11,118 nt of DNA, from NCBI GenBank assembly GCA_043779265.1, contig JAYWEM010000067.1, forward strand, positions 1 through 11,118, given 5' to 3'. Positions 6,448 to 11,118 of this stretch are shown piece after piece. Position numbers and translations under genes: made by a program. The first letter of the stretch is position 1. Each line of letters begins with the position of its first letter. The notes below the pieces were generated by a model that was given only the letters and a program-made list of their open reading frames with translations, was not told the origin of the DNA and did not search any database. The stretch comes from a bacterium (GTDB taxonomy: Bacteria > Eisenbacteria > RBG-16-71-46).

Positions 6448-8495
6448 TCCTTGTCGAGCCACGCCTTCCAGGCGACCTCGTTGAAGTCGCGGCCGAGGAA
6501 GTCGCGGACCAGCTCGGCGGCCGGCTTGGAGCCGCCCGGCGCGAGCACCTTCTGCCGGTACTTCATCGCCACATTCGGCGAGGTGAGCGTGGCCGGATCG
6601 AACTGGGCGAACAGGTCCTTCGCGATGGTCAGCGACCACATGTACGTGTAGTACACGGCCGAGTAGCCATCCAGGTGTCCGAACGCGCACTGGAAGTGGG
6701 TGCCCTCGACGAACGGGAACGGCTGCAGCTTCTTGACGAGGTCGCTCATCATCTCGGTCGTGTTGGTGCCGGCCGGGTCGTGGTCGTAGCACGCCAGGGA
6801 CAGCGCGGCGTAGACCATCTGGCGGCGAACCTGCAGCCCCTTGCCGAAGTCGTTGGCGCGGTTCATCTGGCTGACCAGAGCCTTGGGGATCACCTCGCCG
6901 GTCTCGTGGTGCTTGGCGAACGTGGCGAGCACCGAGTAGTCCTTGAGCCACTCCTCGAGCATCTGCGACGGCGCCTCGACGAAGTCGTGCTCGGTGCTGA
7001 TGCCGCCGATGCCCACCCAGCGCTGGCTGCTCGAGAACATGGTGTGCAGCAGGTGGCCGAACTCGTGGAAGAACGTCTCGACGTCGTCGAACTCGCACAG
7101 GCCCGCCTCACCCGCGACGCCGCCCGGCATGTTGCAGACCAGCGCGGCCTCCGGGACCTGGCGGCCCTGGATGCCGGTGCGGATGTCGAACTGCGCGGCG
7201 TGGTTGTACTTGTTGTCGCGCGGGTGCATGTCGAGGTAGAAGCGGCCCGCCACCTTGCCGCCATCGATCAACTCGTAGCACTCGACCGACTCGTGCCACA
7301 CCGGCGCATCCGGGACGCGCTTGAACTCCACGCCGAAAATGCGCGCCGAGAGGTCCATCACGCCCCGCTTGACCTGGTCGTACGGCAGGTAGGGGCGAAC
7401 GCTCTGCGAATCGAAGTCGTACTCGCTGCGCCGCACCTGCTCGGAGTAGTAACCCTGGCCCCAGAAGTCGACGCTCTTGGCCGAGGGCACGTCCTTCTGA
7501 CGCGCCGTGACCAACTGCTGGTACTCGCGCATCTGCCGGTCGCCCGAGGCCGCGCTCACGCGATCGATGAAGGCGCGGGCGTTGGCGGCGCTGCCGACCA
7601 TCTTGTCCGACGTGATGTAGTCGGCGTAGTTCGGGAACCCCTGTAGATTCGCGTAGGCATGCCGCTTGGCCCGCAGCTGGTCGAGCACATCGAGGTTCTT
7701 GGGGTAGGCGCGGTCCTGATACTCACGGTAGAGCCGTTCGCGCAGGGCGTCCGACTTGGCGTAGGTCATGGTGGGGATGAAGTCCGGGTATTCCATCGTC
7801 AACGTGACGAGGCCATCGTCACCCGCCGGGTGGCGCTCGATGAAGTCGGCCGGCAGACCCTCGAGCTCCGAGGGCTTGGCCTTGATCGAACGCTTGTCCT
7901 CTCGGATGTTGCGGCCGAACTCCTGGCTCACGAGCACGAGTTCCTCAGTGAGCTTCTTGATTTTGTCGCGCGTCGCATCGTCCTTGTCGACACCCGCCAG
8001 GCGGAAGTCGCGCTGCACACGCTTGACGTAGTGCTGCGTCGCCGCGTCCTCGCGCGAGACATCGAGTGCCACGATCGCGTCGTAGACCTTGCGATTGAGC
8101 GAGACCTCGGTGACGAACGACGAGATCGCCTGCGAGATCTCCTCCGACGTCGTGCGCAGCGCCGAGTCGGGGTGCACGTTCTCGATGAGGCCGGTCTGCG
8201 ACGAGGCCATGTTGATCTGGCGGAACAACTCATCGAGCGGCACGAGCGTGTTGTCGAGCGTCCGCTTGCCCTTGGCCGACAGCAGCTTGGCGAGCTGGAC
8301 CTTGGCCAGCTCGACGCGCTGCATCTGCCGCGCCTTGAACTGTGCGGCGTCGGGCTTGCCGGTCCAGAAGGGACCGTTGTCCGGCGGCAGGCTCGCCGAG
8401 GGGGCGGCCGACGTGGCGAGCGCGGGCGAGCTCACGGCGAGCACCACGAAGGCCAGGGTGAGGAGGGCAGCAAGCATCAGGCGGGGTCGGGTCAC
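6444..8495 (-). CDS. M3A family Zn metallopeptidase (thimet oligopeptidase-like) with a predicted signal peptide
   Basis: FFHEFGHLLH (HExxH at 7053-7067), DFVEAPSQMLEEW, YLDMHPRDNKYNHAA and FGHLDGYSAVYYTYMWS. Likely start is GTG 8495 after GGAGG (8504-8500). N-terminus reads TRPRLMLAALLTLAFVVLAVSSPALA. Confidence 0.93.
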   Translation of the reverse strand: MTRPRLMLAALLTLAFVVLAVSSPALATSAAPSASLPPDNGPFWTGKPDAAQFKARQMQRVELAKVQLAKLLSAKGKRTLDNTLVPLDELFRQINMASSQTGLIENVHPDSALRTTSEEISQAISSFVTEVSLNRKVYDAIVALDVSREDAATQHYVKRVQRDFRLAGVDKDDATRDKIKKLTEELVLVSQEFGRNIREDKRSIKAKPSELEGLPADFIERHPAGDDGLVTLTMEYPDFIPTMTYAKSDALRERLYREYQDRAYPKNLDVLDQLRAKRHAYANLQGFPNYADYITSDKMVGSAANARAFIDRVSAASGDRQMREYQQLVTARQKDVPSAKSVDFWGQGYYSEQVRRSEYDFDSQSVRPYLPYDQVKRGVMDLSARIFGVEFKRVPDAPVWHESVECYELIDGGKVAGRFYLDMHPRDNKYNHAAQFDIRTGIQGRQVPEAALVCNMPGGVAGEAGLCEFDDVETFFHEFGHLLHTMFSSSQRWVGIGGISTEHDFVEAPSQMLEEWLKDYSVLATFAKHHETGEVIPKALVSQMNRANDFGKGLQVRRQMVYAALSLACYDHDPAGTNTTEMMSDLVKKLQPFPFVEGTHFQCAFGHLDGYSAVYYTYMWSLTIAKDLFAQFDPATLTSPNVAMKYRQKVLAPGGSKPAAELVRDFLGRDFNEVAWKAWLDKE

Positions 8496-9117
8496 GGATC
8501 CTCCAGGAAGATGGGCGTCCGGAACGGGCCAGGGGGCGCGCACTCAGCCGTGCACGAGTGCCCGGGGACGCAAGGGGGAGTCAACAGGCTGAAGGTAGCC
8601 TTGGTTTGGCCAAGGCTCAAAGCGCCCGGCAACGGGCGCGGAGCGAGAAGGGGTGAACGCGGAAGCGTCCCTCTGGGGGCCCCGAGCTGGACGAGTCGAA
8701 CGATCCTTCGACCTGGTCTGCTCATGAGCCCAGAAATCGTGGCACGGCGCAGTCCCTGAGGTTGCGATGGGGAGATATCTCAAAAGGGAGAAGTCTCGTC
8801 TTGCAAGGGAATGAGGTACTGAGCCAGAGTCTCATGTGCATGCTGAGGACTTGGGGGCTCGTTTGCATCGAAGGCCTTTCGATCCGAGTGACTCCGGGCG
8901 GTGGATCCAGCGCATCCGCCGCTACTCGAACGGAGTGATGGTGACTCTTTGGTTCGCGGTCGTGAGCAGAGCGCGATCCGTGGGTTGGGGAGCGGTCGTC
9001 CGTCAGGACGCCCGCGGTCTGTATGGCGAGGGGGTTCGTCATGTTGATAGGGCATGTCGCAGCTAGGTGCGCAAAGATCCGGACTGAGGCTCGTGCCACC
9101 CTCATGTCGGAGAAACT

Positions 9118-9128
9118 GGGGGGGGGGG
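9118..9128 (+). repeat. G11 homopolymer tract
   Basis: 11 consecutive G between ATG 9104 and ATG 9142. Confidence 0.9.
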
Positions 9129-9141
9129 CGTACGTGCGTGG

Positions 9142-11118
9142 ATGATGGTGGTCTTCGCGGCGGCCGCGCTGCTGGCGAGCGCTGAGACCGAAGTGTGCGC
9201 ACAGAGTCAGTCGCAGTCCTCGCCGTACTCTTCCAAGGGCCGATGGCTGAATGCGGGCAACCAAGGTGTCGTCGGGACCCACGTCGCCGTGATGCGTGAC
9301 CCGGACGATGATTCGACCAAGGTGTTCCTGTTCGGCGGCTCGGGAACCGGTCAGGTGATGAAACTGTTCGCGTTCATGCCCGGCCAGTCTGCGGTGCTGC
9401 CGAGTTCGTCCAATATGATCCCCGTCCCACACCCAGCCTCGGATGTCACGCTTCTCGACCTGTTCTGTGCCGGTCATGTGGTTCTGCCCGATGGCAGACT
9501 GCTCCTCGCGGGTGGTGAGGCGTGGTCGCCGATGGGCATCGAGCGCGGGTTCCGATTCGACCCGAAGTATCCGGGCAACGCGGTCACGAACCCGTGGTCG
9601 CCTATCTCGTCGATGGCGCAGGAGCGCTGGTACCCGACCCTGACCGTACTACCGAGCGGCAAGGTGCTGGCGAACTCGGGGAACATGAACGACTTCCTCT
9701 TGAGTTTCGGCGGCGAGGACCTGGCCGGGGTCGTGAAGGACTCGCTGCATCACATGGCCGTGACGAACCGCTCGTACTGGATGAGCAACTCGAACAGCGG
9801 CACCCGGCCATCGGCGCGCAAGTGGCACTCGTTCATCGGCGACGGCGATCGCGGCATGGTGTACGGAGGGCAGAACTCCGGCTCGAAGTTCGGGGACCTC
9901 TGGTACGTCGTGCGCGACAAGGCGACCGATTCCTCTTGGACGTGGCAGCAGATGGTGGAGGAGGGCACCGCCGTCAACGGCCGCGCGGCCGCACGGTCGC
10001 GTCACTCCATGGTGTCGTGGCACCCGTCCAGCGGGCCCACGTCATCGTGGTTGGGAGGGTTCGTCTTCGGCGGCGTCGACAGCGTCGGCAACGCCCTCGA
10101 CGACCTGTGGTTCGGTCAGCGGAATCCGGATGTCTTTCCGGGCCTCTGGAAGTGGACGAACCTGACTCCGAGCCCCCGGCCCGCCGATTGGCCGAGCGCG
10201 CGCTATGGCCATGTGGCATTGATCGACCCCGGCCCCCCGGGCTCGAGCCGACCCCGAATGCTCATCTTCGGTGGCCGCGAGCAGAGCGGCGCGCTGGCGA
10301 ACAACGCCGTCTGGGCCTACGACATCAGCACCGGATCGTTCTATCGCCCACCCATCGGCACTCCGGAAGGAGCACCGTCGGCGCGCGAAGGGCATGTGGG
10401 TGTCTATGAGGACTGCGAGGGTGCGTGTCAGCGCGAGATCTACGCGAGCAATGCGGCCCGTCGCATGACCTTCTTCGGCGGGCAGGGCGCCAGTTCGCTG
10501 CAGAGCGACCTGTGGGGGCTGTGGAGGCTCGATCAGGGACCGAACGACACCACTTACACGTGGGACGCCATGTCCCTTCAGGGCACACTCGGCTCTCCGG
10601 CCACAGCGCGCACGCAGATGGCCGGGGTGTACGACCAGTGGGGGGATCGACTCACGATCTTCGGCGGTGACACGAACGGCGAGGGGACCCCGGGCGGGCA
10701 GACCGAGGACGTGGTCCAGTTCGAGCTGCGGGATGCGATCACACCCGCGAGGACGAGGTGGAACCGGCCGCCGCCTCGAACACCCCAGTTCGCGAGTCAC
10801 CACAACCCCAGACCGAGATCGGGGCACGTCGCCATCTTCGACTCGCAGCCGCGCGTCGCTCGTTTCCCCGAGGTGTTCGATCCGACGCAGGGGAGCGAGG
10901 GGAGCTGGGTGACGGCGCATGTGGCGAGCAATGATCCGCCCAAGATGGAGCTCTACCCGCTCATGTTCGTACTGCCGAACGGGAAGGTGTTCCACGGCGG
11001 GCCCAGGGACGACACCACGCCCTACAAGTACCTGTTCGACCCGGCGACGAACCTGTGGGATGCGGCGACGCACACGTCGAGCTACTCGGGGTCCTCGGCG
11101 GCGATGTTCAAGCCGGGG
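9142..11118 (+). CDS. Probably secreted copper radical oxidase-like protein (galactose/glyoxal oxidase, AA5-like) with an inserted Kelch propeller; 3'-truncated by the window
   Basis: Manual translation gives 659 codons without a stop; the ORF is absent from the supplied track. It shows a hydrophobic N-terminus MMVVFAAAALLASA, DLFCAGHVVLPDGRLLLAGG (Cys at 9466), ERWYPTLTVLPSGKVL (Tyr at 9631), six Kelch repeats, then PEVFDP and LYPLMFVLPNGKVF. The remaining Cu ligands would lie beyond the window. Confidence 0.85.
   Translation, partial: MMVVFAAAALLASAETEVCAQSQSQSSPYSSKGRWLNAGNQGVVGTHVAVMRDPDDDSTKVFLFGGSGTGQVMKLFAFMPGQSAVLPSSSNMIPVPHPASDVTLLDLFCAGHVVLPDGRLLLAGGEAWSPMGIERGFRFDPKYPGNAVTNPWSPISSMAQERWYPTLTVLPSGKVLANSGNMNDFLLSFGGEDLAGVVKDSLHHMAVTNRSYWMSNSNSGTRPSARKWHSFIGDGDRGMVYGGQNSGSKFGDLWYVVRDKATDSSWTWQQMVEEGTAVNGRAAARSRHSMVSWHPSSGPTSSWLGGFVFGGVDSVGNALDDLWFGQRNPDVFPGLWKWTNLTPSPRPADWPSARYGHVALIDPGPPGSSRPRMLIFGGREQSGALANNAVWAYDISTGSFYRPPIGTPEGAPSAREGHVGVYEDCEGACQREIYASNAARRMTFFGGQGASSLQSDLWGLWRLDQGPNDTTYTWDAMSLQGTLGSPATARTQMAGVYDQWGDRLTIFGGDTNGEGTPGGQTEDVVQFELRDAITPARTRWNRPPPRTPQFASHHNPRPRSGHVAIFDSQPRVARFPEVFDPTQGSEGSWVTAHVASNDPPKMELYPLMFVLPNGKVFHGGPRDDTTPYKYLFDPATNLWDAATHTSSYSGSSAAMFKPG

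Noticed and set aside
8740..8756. TGGCAC as a sigma-54 -24 box (also on the minus strand near 9098)
   Set aside because: There is no TTGC -12 element at the required spacing.
6423..8759. Plus-strand ORFs 6423-7646 and 7659-8759
   Set aside because: Antisense shadows of the M3 peptidase with no recognisable motifs.
9050..9115. Resemblance of GCGCAAAGATCCGGACTGAGG to a c-di-GMP-I (GEMM) riboswitch core
   Set aside because: The upstream GGCAAA and GAAA-tetraloop stem and the closing P1 are not evident. An Infernal search would be needed.
8722..11073. ORF-track calls 8722-9477, 8780-9202, 9522-10409, 10042-11073 and smaller ones
   Set aside because: They lack motifs and are mostly alternate-frame or antisense shadows of the ORF starting at 9142.
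1..11118. CRISPR array, tRNA, rRNA, DDE or HUH transposase
   Set aside because: No spaced direct repeats, cloverleaf structures or transposase motifs were seen.

Overview
High-GC bacterial window with three parts. (1) A tightly coupled + strand cofactor operon: a 5'-truncated 2-oxoacid dehydrogenase E2, lipB, an IscA/HesB Fe-S carrier, a DUF2203-like gene, nadA and lipA. (2) A ~1.5 kb insert between the convergent lipA and M3 (thimet-like) oligopeptidase genes. It holds a frameshifted HNH endonuclease gene, a leader rich in alternating purines and pyrimidines, and a long GNRA-capped hairpin. It is bounded by a perfect 13-bp inverted repeat (GTAGTCGCGGCGT), and each arm contains the TAG stop of a flanking host gene. 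(3) A divergent ORF missing from the supplied track (9142 to window end, no stop), encoding a probably secreted galactose-oxidase-like (AA5) protein with an apparently complete six-bladed Kelch propeller inserted into one of its loops, preceded by a G11 tract. All calls come from manual translation and motif recognition; no searches were run.
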